Source of the DNA: an uncultured Pseudomonadota bacterium
GTDB lineage: Bacteria; Oederibacteriota; Muellerivitia; Muellerivitales; Muellerivitaceae
Direction: 5' to 3'
DNA: 64,000 bases
NCBI GenBank assembly: GCA_963836235.1
Contig: CAWIIP010000002.1
Span: 192,001 to 256,000 of the forward strand
In this document: positions 6,961-16,089 of the stretch, one piece after another
Layout: every line of letters begins with the position of its first letter
Numbering within the stretch: the stretch's first letter is position 1
The notes under the pieces: generated by a model
The model's input: only the letters and a program-made list of their open reading frames with translations
Databases searched by the model: none
What the model was told of the DNA's origin: nothing
Made by a program: the position numbers and the translations under genes

Positions 6961-7245
6961 TGCTCCTTATTTTTATTATTGCCTGGGGCCTTCGGCCTCT
7001 TTTTTGCGGGACTTTTAAATTTCCGGCCCCGCCGGCACAAGGCCGGCGGCGGGGCTGGAAATTAAGAAGGGGATTCCATCTTGGGAATTTATTCACCAAG
7101 CGATAGCGGCGCCGACCCGATGTTTTTTATCGCCCTTGGCCGAAGGCCAACGGGTAGGCCTCACATGACAATCGCGGGTTTCGATTGGCGTGGGAGGTGC
7201 CTCGCAGTCGGCGCATCTTTAAAAAATAAATTTTCAAAGGAATCT
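6961..7245 (-). repeat. Structured leader element B, copy 2
   Basis: Hairpin aatttccggccccgcc/ggcggggctggaaatt with the same ggcacaag loop; gattcc/ggaatc, gcgccgac/gtcggcgc; catgacaat..attggcgtggg.ggtgc shared with copy 1. Confidence 0.85.
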
Positions 7246-7440
7246 TCACGTATTATTGCCCGACTGGACAATACCAGTGACCGAAGTGAAATAGTAATCA
7301 GTGAGAGGATTAGGTAAAGGGCAAAAGTTTTGGGCCTTAGCAACATTCACCAACATTAGACAGATAAAAAATATATTCAGTTTTTGAAAAATAATTTTCA
7401 ATTTCAACAACCTTAGATAGAACTTTTTCTTGAACCCGAT

Positions 7441-8178
7441 TTAATTAGAATGATATTTTCCAACCGGTTCTGCGTACTTGACCGATGGGTCAGTTTTCAT
7501 TTCTTCAATTGCGTCTTTCACGGACATTCCATTTGTAATTTGAATAAGGTAATATTCCATTTTAAGAGCTTGTAAAACTTCATGCTTTACGTCACCTATC
7601 GACCCCATTAGTTTGAGGACTCTTTCATTATCAGTTGCGGGAATATCTGATTTTAATCCGACCATAATTTGATTCGCATCGTAATCTTTACCTGGCACAA
7701 GCCGATCCCAATTGGGGGTCGGGTAAGGTTTGTGCGTTGGGGTTGGTGTTGGAGAAGCGAAAAAAGTTTCCAAGTTAGTAATGATAACGGGTTCAGCAAA
7801 TGAAACAGCTGGATCAGCTTTCAGCTTTTCGTAAGCGCCTTTCGACGACATACCATTTGTAACCTTGATATTCCAACCTTCCGCCCCATTGGTATTTTTT
7901 GTAACACCCATCGACATCATTATTCCAATAATTCTATTTTTTTCAGAAAGAGGGAGGTGTGGTTTTAACCCGACCAAAATCACCTTGTCTTTTTCAAGAA
8001 CCGGCCAATTAAAATGACGTGTCGGAACGGGAGAAGAAGAAGTAAGGTTTGCCCCATTGACACTTCCATTTGATTGAAGTGAAGTGGGACCTGCCGAGGC
8101 CGAAGAAAAAATAAAATATTGTATTATCAACAAAAATGATAAAAATAAATTTCTATGCTTGCGAAAGTCCATTGTCAA
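7441..8178 (-). CDS. Secreted protein with two subtilase (S8/fervidolysin-type) propeptide-like domains and no protease domain
   Basis: Signal peptide; two repeats of (I/M)xVGLK...(L/M)KxDPxVx(F/Y)AEP. Confidence 0.6.
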   Translation of the reverse strand: MTMDFRKHRNLFLSFLLIIQYFIFSSASAGPTSLQSNGSVNGANLTSSSPVPTRHFNWPVLEKDKVILVGLKPHLPLSEKNRIIGIMMSMGVTKNTNGAEGWNIKVTNGMSSKGAYEKLKADPAVSFAEPVIITNLETFFASPTPTPTHKPYPTPNWDRLVPGKDYDANQIMVGLKSDIPATDNERVLKLMGSIGDVKHEVLQALKMEYYLIQITNGMSVKDAIEEMKTDPSVKYAEPVGKYHSN

Positions 8179-8207
8179 TATTGCTTCCTTAGTTCAAGCA
8201 GAATTAA

Positions 8208-8369
8208 TTAATCCAGATTCACCCCGGTCAGGCGCACGGTGCAGCCGCCGCTGGCGGTGACGATTTCGTTTCCGGAAACCTTAAGCAGGGGAGGAGCGGC
8301 TTGCGCGGGAGTTGGACCGAAAAAAGTGGAACCCAAAAGCACAAAAAGCGAAAGAAAGAAAAAGTTCAT
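8208..8369 (-). pseudogene. Truncated 5' end of a secreted GH5-like glycoside hydrolase
   Basis: Signal peptide, then LKVSGNEIV...G.TVRLTGVN (typical GH5 start), then an abrupt stop. Confidence 0.65.
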
Positions 8370-8525
8370 TTCGCCCCGGGACGTTTTAAGCCGGGAACCA
8401 AAGAACGTTTTCGTTTTGAAAAATAAGTTTTGTGGAGACCTGTTCAAAGTGTCACCCGATACACTGGTTAAAGGTTGCGGAACAATTGGCAACAAAACTC
8501 GAAATGTTTCATCGCTTCTCATGAA

Positions 8526-10232
8526 CCGGAATTTCCCAGATGACCTTCTCTGAAAACATTGCCGGGTAATTTGTTTCTCATTATATCGCCCCCCCCCCCC
8601 CGCTTCTTCCATCCGAATCCGGAATTTTCCGTCCTGGGCCACTGAAATAAGCCCCAGGAAAAGGTTTCTGTGCCCAAAAAAGCTGAAATTGACCTTCTGG
8701 AAAGCCAATTCTCGTTGTGAGCGCACACCTATCCTGCGGTAGTCGCTCGGGTTGAAGCCTTGATGCCTTCCTGCGGTTATCGCAGTACTGGCGCTCGCGG
8801 CCTTACCATTGCCAGTAGCCGTATCCGATTGAGGATTTCAGCAAACAGGCGTCGGGAAACCATCACCTCCGCCATCTGGAAAATAACGTACCGCGAATGA
8901 CGGATGACATTAGCCCCGATCTTGATGAGTTTTTCCCTCAAGGTCGTTAGCGACCAATGTTTCACCAGTTCTGGCAGTGCCAGTCGGCGCAGGAAGTTGC
9001 CCAGATTGTAGGCCAGGGCGAATAGTTGTAAGCGCACTTGGTTGTCCGCGAAGTCGTGGCAGCTTAGTCTTGTCCACTTCATCGCATACTTTCCCTCTTT
9101 GATCCACTGCTCAGCCGTGCCTCTTCCGTTGTAGAATTTCACCACCTGGGGTGCCGGTCGTCGCATGTTCGTTACGATGAAACCCACCTTTGGGAACAAT
9201 TCCCCGTTGTGATGTTCGATCTTCGCCACCACGCGGCGGGGTTTGTCCCAGCTGACGGCTTGGTATTGGAAGCTGTGAAACCGGACAACCGGCTTGTGGG
9301 AGGGGCGGCCCACGGGACGGGTTAAAAATGGCTCGATTTCCCGTTGGAGTATGGCATTGGCAGGTTGGCGGATCGCGTAAAGATATCCTTCGTCTTCTAG
9401 GTATTCGTATAGTTCCTGACGGGCGAAAGCCGCGTCACCCCGGAAAAACCGGCTGATGGAAAGACCCCGGTAGCGGGCAACTACCGGTTCAAGAACCGAA
9501 CGCCATTCGTGGGCACTGGCCACATTGCCGTTGCGCAACATAGCCCGTTCCAAATCGCCGAACTGGTTGAAGCAAAACAGGGGATGGTAACAGGTACAGC
9601 CAAAGTAACCGTTGTACAAGGAACCTTCCTGATCCCCGTAGGTCTCGCTCACTGAGCTATCCATGTCGAGGATGATCTGTTGTATGGGCTTTTTCTCATG
9701 GACTCCATCGATCCATTGGCCCGATAAGTCAATTAAGCCGGTCAAATTCTTCGACTGGGTGAGGACCTCCGTCTCGAAACGACCCATCTGGCTGGTGGAG
9801 GCGGCCTGTTTTTCCCTGGCCCGTCCTCCGATCACATGCCGCATCGCAGGATCGACACTCAGGCGTTCTGCGTCGTTGGTATCCTCATAACCGGCCAAGC
9901 GGCTGAATACCGACTGGCGAAGAAGCGCCGTCATCGTGTGTTGCGTATTCTTACCGGTCCGCCGATCCCAAAGGATGTTTTCTGTTCTGTCAGTCAAACC
10001 AAAAGCTTCGTCGAGTTCGCGATAGGGAATCAACCCGCCATCGGAAGTGACCTTCGCACCATGGAACTCCAACTTGAGGCCAGGATCAAAAACCACCCGA
10101 AGAGCGTCTTTTCCGCCTTCACCCATTGCATTTCCCCCTCTCATGTTCCCCAACACGAAGAAAAACCTTTGTTTATATGGCCAAACGTTGTCTTATTATA
10201 CTCGAAAGGAAATTCCATCTGGGAAATCCGGG
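8526..10232 (-). mobile_element. IS1380-family insertion sequence
   Basis: 17-bp terminal IRs ccggaatttcccagatg (8526-8542) and catctgggaaatccggg (10216-10232), 15/17 match. Confidence 0.88.
8777..10156 (-). CDS. IS1380-family DDE transposase
   Basis: TSDGGL, GYEDTND, LDMDSS, YHPLF, RGDAAF, FYNGRGTAEQWIKEGK, LREKLIKIGA motifs. Confidence 0.95.
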   Translation of the reverse strand: MLGNMRGGNAMGEGGKDALRVVFDPGLKLEFHGAKVTSDGGLIPYRELDEAFGLTDRTENILWDRRTGKNTQHTMTALLRQSVFSRLAGYEDTNDAERLSVDPAMRHVIGGRAREKQAASTSQMGRFETEVLTQSKNLTGLIDLSGQWIDGVHEKKPIQQIILDMDSSVSETYGDQEGSLYNGYFGCTCYHPLFCFNQFGDLERAMLRNGNVASAHEWRSVLEPVVARYRGLSISRFFRGDAAFARQELYEYLEDEGYLYAIRQPANAILQREIEPFLTRPVGRPSHKPVVRFHSFQYQAVSWDKPRRVVAKIEHHNGELFPKVGFIVTNMRRPAPQVVKFYNGRGTAEQWIKEGKYAMKWTRLSCHDFADNQVRLQLFALAYNLGNFLRRLALPELVKHWSLTTLREKLIKIGANVIRHSRYVIFQMAEVMVSRRLFAEILNRIRLLAMVRPRAPVLR

Positions 10233-10244
10233 TTAAGGGTTACA

Positions 10245-10880
10245 TTGCCAAATCCCAATACATCCAAGATCATCCGCGAACTTCAACGCCTTTATCCCGA
10301 CACCCGATGCTTCCTGCACTATAAAACTCCCTTTCAACTACTTTGCGCCGTCATCCTTTCCGCCCAATGCACGGACGAAAGGGTGAACATCGTGGCCCCG
10401 GAATTATTCAAAGTTTTTCCAACCCCGGAAAAGCTGGCGAAAGCCAAAATGAAAGACGTGGAAAAGCTCATCAAATCCACCGGGTTTTACCATAACAAAG
10501 CCAAGAACTTGGTTGGAGCCGCCCAAGCCTTATTGGGTTTATATAAAGGAAAGATGCCCAAAACCATTGAAGAAATGGTGGAGATTCCCGGCGTGGGCCG
10601 AAAAACCGCAAACGTGGTTCTTGGGGAGGTTTACGGCATCTCAGAAGGCATTACAGTGGATACCCACGTCACTCGCCTCAGCAATCGCCTAGGTTGGACC
10701 AAACACCAGGATGCCGTAAAAATCGAACAGGATTTAATGAAGATTGTTCACAGGGAAGAGTGGCTTCACTTCTCTCATCGCCTGATCCAGCACGGCCGTA
10801 AAGTTTGCGACGCCCGTAAACCCCTTTGTAACATTTGTGCTCTGGCGAAGTGGTGTCCATCCGCTAAATCTTTAAAATGA
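10245..10880 (+). CDS. nth: Endonuclease III
   Basis: ILSAQCTD, HhH motif IPGVGRKTANVV, VDTHV, FeS motif CDARKPLCNIC..C; TTG start inferred because the upstream part of the ORF lies in the IS. Confidence 0.95.
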   Translation: MPNPNTSKIIRELQRLYPDTRCFLHYKTPFQLLCAVILSAQCTDERVNIVAPELFKVFPTPEKLAKAKMKDVEKLIKSTGFYHNKAKNLVGAAQALLGLYKGKMPKTIEEMVEIPGVGRKTANVVLGEVYGISEGITVDTHVTRLSNRLGWTKHQDAVKIEQDLMKIVHREEWLHFSHRLIQHGRKVCDARKPLCNICALAKWCPSAKSLK

Positions 10881-11017
10881 GACTTGAAAAGATATCGTCC
10901 AGAACAACCGGAAAGACAATTCATGATATTATTTAGGGAACCTGGGAGTTTCGTTATAAGCCGACAACCCCGTTTATTGATTGTATCGAACCAGTAATAT
11001 ACCGACAGGAAAACCCT

Positions 11018-12940
11018 ATGACGGAAAACCTTCCAATCTTTCATGTTTTAAAATCCATATCTAATAAGCCTTTCAATCAAAAAAGACTGCGCCAGATATT
11101 GTCTTCCTTTATTTATTTTCCAATCCTGATCGGTGGACTGGGTCTTATTCACCCGGATATAAGTTTCCCCTGCACTTTAAGCAGCGCTACCCTGAGTTGG
11201 GCATCGGATGACGGTGGGGAAATCTTCATCAACGGCAACCTGGCCAATCAATGTCCCGACGGTTGTTGGGTGGGTGTGAATAATATCAATATTCCCCTCG
11301 CTTGGTTAAATACCACCGGGGACAATGTTCTGGCGGCATACACCTATTCGTCGGACACGGTTTATAGCGGCACCACTTGGCTGCTCACCCTGGCTTATTC
11401 CGATTGTGGGAATACTTACATTCAATCGGGCGATCCCTGCGTTGTCGACCAGTATTTGAACGATCCGAGCGCGGCCACTTCGGGCCTTCCCACCTTTCCA
11501 ACAGGCTGGAACAATACGGGTTTTGTTGACTCAAGCTGGTCAGCCCCCGGCACAGTAGATTCCGTTCTCCCGGCGATTGCTTCCGCCGATGAATTGATCC
11601 CTAACCCATCCGGAGGGACGATAGCCTGGATTTGGGGAGCCCCGAATTGGCTGACGGTAACCGTCGGGGATGCTTATATGTACCGTGAAAACTTTCAGGT
11701 GGGGGTTACGGCCTGCTCAGCTTTGGCCCCGACGCCTACCCCCGTGTCTTCTTTCGGGTGTTTTGCACTGAGTGGAGACGGAGGAGATACCATCATTTCG
11801 GATGTCGGCGGCTATGTCGGCACCGCTCCAGCACCAGCGGTTGTCGTAACCGACGTCACTTTGGCCGCGCCCATGGTTTGGCCGAGCGCCTGCGGCGGCC
11901 AATGGATATCGGACAACGCCAATGCCTATGCCCTCCAATCCACTCCCGCGACCATGGTATTTCAACGAACCTTTTCCATCAGTTCCGCCATCATCAGTAG
12001 CGGTTCTTTCGGGATTTCCTTTGGCGCCGACGATTCGGCTTACTATGTCTTATCCAATAGTCTCTACCCCTCGGGAGTAACCATTGCGTCTACACTTTTT
12101 AAAAATTGCCAAGGGCAAGCTTTTAGCGGAAGTCTTTTGAGCAGCTCCGGTCCCAACACTTTGACGAGTTATTTGATCAATTCCACCAGCATTCCAACTG
12201 GTGTCGGTACTACTTACGGCTACACCGGTCTTTACTATGCGCTTTGCGTCACGGGAAATACCCCGACCCCCACTTCGACTCCGACGGTAACGGCCACCTT
12301 TTCCCCAACCCTCTCGCCCACCAATACCCTCACCGCGACTTCTACCTTTACGTCTACCAATAGTTCGACCAACACCACCACTTCAACCGCGTCTCTCACC
12401 CCCACGATCACGGCCACCTATACCCCCACCTACACCCAGACCAACAGCCCCACCCCATCTCCCACATTTACCGTCACCAACACCCCGACGATAACCCCTA
12501 CTTCAACCCCTTCCTTGACCCCAACGATAACCGATAGCTTTACCCCCAGTTCCACATCCACCAATAGCGCCACACCCACCGCCACCTTAACTCCCTGTGG
12601 CTATCCGGGAAATACCTGTACCGCTACAAACACGCCCACGGCAACGCCTCTACCGGAAGATACCTTTTACGTCTCGGAAAATATCTTTACGCCCGCCAAT
12701 CCGGTTTCCATTATGGTGGCCTACACCCAATATTCCGGGCCCTATGACCTTTGTATCTACAACACGGCGGGTGAACATATCCGCACCCTGGCTTCCCAAC
12801 AATTATCCGCCCCGATCAGCCAGTCCTATAGCTGGAACGGGACCAATAAGTATGGGGATAAATGCGCCAGCGGAGTTTACATTATTTATTTGACAGAACC
12901 CTTCAGTGTCAAAGTCAAAAGAATCATTCTCATCAAATAG
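11018..12940 (+). CDS. Secreted protein: jelly-roll/lectin-like domains, Thr-rich linker, FlgD-Ig/T9SS-CTD-like C-terminus
   Basis: SDDGGEIFING and GADDSAY motifs; TPT repeats; IYNTAGE...WNGTN..G...ASGVYI...KRIILIK. Confidence 0.7.
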   Translation: MTENLPIFHVLKSISNKPFNQKRLRQILSSFIYFPILIGGLGLIHPDISFPCTLSSATLSWASDDGGEIFINGNLANQCPDGCWVGVNNINIPLAWLNTTGDNVLAAYTYSSDTVYSGTTWLLTLAYSDCGNTYIQSGDPCVVDQYLNDPSAATSGLPTFPTGWNNTGFVDSSWSAPGTVDSVLPAIASADELIPNPSGGTIAWIWGAPNWLTVTVGDAYMYRENFQVGVTACSALAPTPTPVSSFGCFALSGDGGDTIISDVGGYVGTAPAPAVVVTDVTLAAPMVWPSACGGQWISDNANAYALQSTPATMVFQRTFSISSAIISSGSFGISFGADDSAYYVLSNSLYPSGVTIASTLFKNCQGQAFSGSLLSSSGPNTLTSYLINSTSIPTGVGTTYGYTGLYYALCVTGNTPTPTSTPTVTATFSPTLSPTNTLTATSTFTSTNSSTNTTTSTASLTPTITATYTPTYTQTNSPTPSPTFTVTNTPTITPTSTPSLTPTITDSFTPSSTSTNSATPTATLTPCGYPGNTCTATNTPTATPLPEDTFYVSENIFTPANPVSIMVAYTQYSGPYDLCIYNTAGEHIRTLASQQLSAPISQSYSWNGTNKYGDKCASGVYIIYLTEPFSVKVKRIILIK

Positions 12941-12983
12941 CCGGCCTCTCACAAAAACTGTTTTTTCCTAAAATTATCAAACT

Positions 12984-13724
12984 TTAATTACCATCCATTC
13001 CGGTTCCAATGCTCCCTGGTGTTCCACCGCCCAAGTGGTGTCCTCCATGATGGCCCCCTTGTTTCGCGCCCGGAGTAGTTGTCGCGCTAGGCTTGGCCAC
13101 CGGCGCAGTTTCCACTTCCTCGGTTCCGGCCCTCAAAAGATCATCTCCCAGTACTCCATTGGCGTCGCAAGCATGGTAGTGACCGTCGTCCAGGAATAAT
13201 TGAAACTGATTCGCGCCCTTTGGGTCCTGCCACCACCAGAATCCCTGGTCGAAATAAAGCCATCTCTGGGCGTAGCTATCGTGCCACCAAAAGCGTCCCG
13301 ACCACCAAAGGATCCAATGAAAGCTTCCGCCGGTATGCCAGCCATACCAATCCAGGTGACCGTCCCGGTAGTGGCAATAATTCCAACCCTTAAAAGGGTG
13401 CCAGTAATATCTTCCGGACCGCTTATCCATTTTGTTGACCGCCGGTATTTGCTGGAGCGTTTGATGATCGGTTAAGTCCCATAAGGCGGCGCCTTGGGGA
13501 GCCAAATCTTCGTCATTCGTGAGGTCCATGACTTTCCCTTCCACTTTGTGGGGAGGGCGTGGAAGTGGATAAAAGGTTGAATCCCGGATTTTTTCCTGGG
13601 CTGGCAAGGCGACGGGCTTGGCCATCGTCGGCGTGGAAGTCTCGGTGGGAACAAGGTCATAGGCAAAAACATTCCCAGCGCCCCACAGAAGCAAAATCAT
13701 CCCTACCCAAACCCGGCTTCCCAA
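12984..13724 (-). CDS. Secreted Trp/aromatic-rich hypothetical protein
   Basis: Signal peptide; W/Y/F/H-dense core; Gly/His tail. Confidence 0.65.
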   Translation of the reverse strand: MGSRVWVGMILLLWGAGNVFAYDLVPTETSTPTMAKPVALPAQEKIRDSTFYPLPRPPHKVEGKVMDLTNDEDLAPQGAALWDLTDHQTLQQIPAVNKMDKRSGRYYWHPFKGWNYCHYRDGHLDWYGWHTGGSFHWILWWSGRFWWHDSYAQRWLYFDQGFWWWQDPKGANQFQLFLDDGHYHACDANGVLGDDLLRAGTEEVETAPVAKPSATTTPGAKQGGHHGGHHLGGGTPGSIGTGMDGN

Positions 13725-13836
13725 GGGAATCTCCTAAAAGTAGAGTCGAGTTTTGGACGTTCGCCAACCGGTAAAAGAGTTAGCCTTTTACCCCAAAACC
13801 CGACACACAAAGTGAAAGTAATGCGTCTAGAGTCTC

Positions 13837-16074
13837 ATGGATTCCCCCATTTCTCCTAAACAAACCGCCGCTTTTCCCGAGGACAACCTTACCTCTTCTA
13901 CCCCTTGTCCTTGGGAATGGGCGGCCCTTGTTCTCATTCTCCTGGTGGGAGCCTTCCTTCGCTTATGGAAGATCGACCAAAACGGCACCGGTAATCCCTA
14001 TTACGCGGCAGCCGTGCGAAGCATGATGATGAACTGGCATAATTTCTTTTTTGTGTCTTTTGATCCTGTCGGCTTTGTGACCGTGGACAAGCCTCCGGTG
14101 TCCTTGTGGATCCAAACTGTCTTCACCAAGCTATTCGGTTACAAGGGCTTTACCCTCATCCTTCCCCAAATTTTGGAAGGACTTGGTGCCCTCGTCCTCG
14201 TTTATCATCTCGTTCGACGCCGCTTCGGTTCCGGCGCGGCCCTCTTCTCCGCTTTGGCCATCGCCCTCTCACCCGTCAGCGTCGCCGTGGACCGCTATAA
14301 CAACACCGACGCCTGCCTGGTTTTGGTCACGCTTCTTTCGGCCTGGGCTCTAAGCAAGGCCGCCGAAACCGGAAACCGCTTGCACCTGTACCTGGCCTTG
14401 ATCCTGGCCGGAATCGGATTCAATACCAAGATGATGGTGGCTTTCGTTGGTCTTCCGGCTTTTTACCTGGTTTACCTGCTGGGATCTCCCCGCCCCTGGC
14501 TCCGCCGCCTGGGGGACTTGACCATCGGCACCCTCATTCTGCTGTTGGTGGCCCTGTCCTGGCCCTTGTCTGTGGACCTGACGCCACCCGAACAACGCCC
14601 CTTTGTGGGAAGCACCCAGGATAATTCCATGGTCAGCCTCTCCTTGGGCTGGAACGGATTCCAAAGATTGCTGACCAGGGGCCGGCGGGGCTCTCCCCAA
14701 AATCCAAGGCTGGTAAATGCCCAGGCGGCCGTCACCGGAACAAACGCCCCACCGGGTACTATCGTTTCCGGACCCAATATCGCTACTCCATCTTCACCCG
14801 CCTCGATAGCGAATTCAGGAACACCCGGCGCCGGACCCGCTTCCCAAGGCATGGGCCGCCGCAGGGGCGGGGGAGGCGGCATGAATACGGGCACACCGGG
14901 CCCTCTCCGGCTGGCGGATAAAAACATGGCAGGGCAGATTGCTTGGTTTCTTCCCCTGGCCCTGCTTGGATTCTGGGCGGAAGCCCGACGAACCCGCTTC
15001 AGCCTTCCCCTGGCTCTATCGCACCAGGCGCTGACGCTTTGGCTAGGATGGTTTTTCATCTACGCGATGGTATTCAGTTTTATGCGGGGAGCCATGCATG
15101 CCTATTACCTTGTCATGCTGGTCCCACCTCTAGCCGCCCTCGCTGGCATTGGGATCAATGCGTTTTGGTTCCATTTTCAACAAGGCCGCCCTACCTTTCT
15201 GTTCCTGGGCCTAATCCTGACGGCGGCCTGGCAGGCCTTTATCTTGTTCCAATATCCCGACTGGAAATCCACGCTTTTGCCCATTCTGTTTTTGGGAATG
15301 GTTTTAGCCCTAGCCGGACTTATCTTTTTGCCGTCCCTGATACGTCTGAAACCCCATTTAAGTTCAGGCCTTCCGACGGCCTTGGGTCTGGGGCTTTGCG
15401 CCCTTTTCCTTTGCCCGGCCTTTTGGGCCCTGACTCCCGTTCTAGGTTCGGGGCAATCGGTTGAGGCCAGCCCCGACTTGCTCTCCGGCGGCCAAAGGGG
15501 TGGAATGTTCCAGGGGTTCGGCGCGCGTTTGAACACCACCAAACTACTGGACTATTTGAAGGCCCATCACCAGGGCGAGCAATATCTCGTGGTCTCGCAA
15601 AACAGCCAGGTCGTGGCGCCGATCATCATTGAAACAGGGGAACCGGTGGTGGCCATCGGCGGCTTCATGGGGGGTGATCCGATTCTTACCGTCAATGAAT
15701 TCGCCCAAAAGGTGAAGGACGGCCAATTCCGCTATATGCTTCTCCAAGATCCTCCGGCGAACCAAGGCCGGGGCGGAAACAACGGCCGGGACCTCGGCGG
15801 CAACGGTGGGGGTTTTGGCGGAGGTTTCGGTTTTGGGCGGGGTGGAGGCCAGCAGGCCGAAATCGCCAAATGGGTCCGGGAAAATGGAAAGCCGGTGGAC
15901 CCGGCCCTTTGGAAACCGGCCATTCCTCCTGCCCCAATCGCCAGCCAAGCCACAACCCAAGGACCGGGGGGTGCCCAAGGGTTCCAAGGCGGCTTTGGTG
16001 GCCGCCGGGGAGGTCTGGCCTATCTCCAGCTTTATGACCTGCGTCCCGACAAAGAGACAAAAACAGCCTCTTAA
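13837..16074 (+). CDS. ArnT/PMT-like GT-C glycosyltransferase (YkcB/YycA-like)
   Basis: YYAAAVRSM..NWHNFFF.SFDP.GFVTVDKPP, RYNNTD, GFNTKM, VVAIGGFMGGDP; multiple TM segments; Gly-rich loops. Confidence 0.9.
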   Translation: MDSPISPKQTAAFPEDNLTSSTPCPWEWAALVLILLVGAFLRLWKIDQNGTGNPYYAAAVRSMMMNWHNFFFVSFDPVGFVTVDKPPVSLWIQTVFTKLFGYKGFTLILPQILEGLGALVLVYHLVRRRFGSGAALFSALAIALSPVSVAVDRYNNTDACLVLVTLLSAWALSKAAETGNRLHLYLALILAGIGFNTKMMVAFVGLPAFYLVYLLGSPRPWLRRLGDLTIGTLILLLVALSWPLSVDLTPPEQRPFVGSTQDNSMVSLSLGWNGFQRLLTRGRRGSPQNPRLVNAQAAVTGTNAPPGTIVSGPNIATPSSPASIANSGTPGAGPASQGMGRRRGGGGGMNTGTPGPLRLADKNMAGQIAWFLPLALLGFWAEARRTRFSLPLALSHQALTLWLGWFFIYAMVFSFMRGAMHAYYLVMLVPPLAALAGIGINAFWFHFQQGRPTFLFLGLILTAAWQAFILFQYPDWKSTLLPILFLGMVLALAGLIFLPSLIRLKPHLSSGLPTALGLGLCALFLCPAFWALTPVLGSGQSVEASPDLLSGGQRGGMFQGFGARLNTTKLLDYLKAHHQGEQYLVVSQNSQVVAPIIIETGEPVVAIGGFMGGDPILTVNEFAQKVKDGQFRYMLLQDPPANQGRGGNNGRDLGGNGGGFGGGFGFGRGGGQQAEIAKWVRENGKPVDPALWKPAIPPAPIASQATTQGPGGAQGFQGGFGGRRGGLAYLQLYDLRPDKETKTAS

Positions 16075-16089
16075 GATTAAACTACTCCC

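Noticed and set aside
161-7245. CRISPR array or classical integron
   Set aside because: No equal-length repeat-spacer periodicity, no cas or intI gene, and no GTTRRRY/RYYYAAC-bounded attC sites recognised
7245-7440. Possible att site or right boundary of the island
   Set aside because: AT-rich with weak caaca repeats, but no partner repeat, tRNA or integrase in the window
8589-8630. C13 homopolymer and an internal IR-like ccggaattttcc
   Set aside because: Lies in the non-coding part of the IS, so there is no gene to phase-vary; the IR match is too short
10047-10244. Long N-terminus of nth
   Set aside because: Read-through from IS sequence
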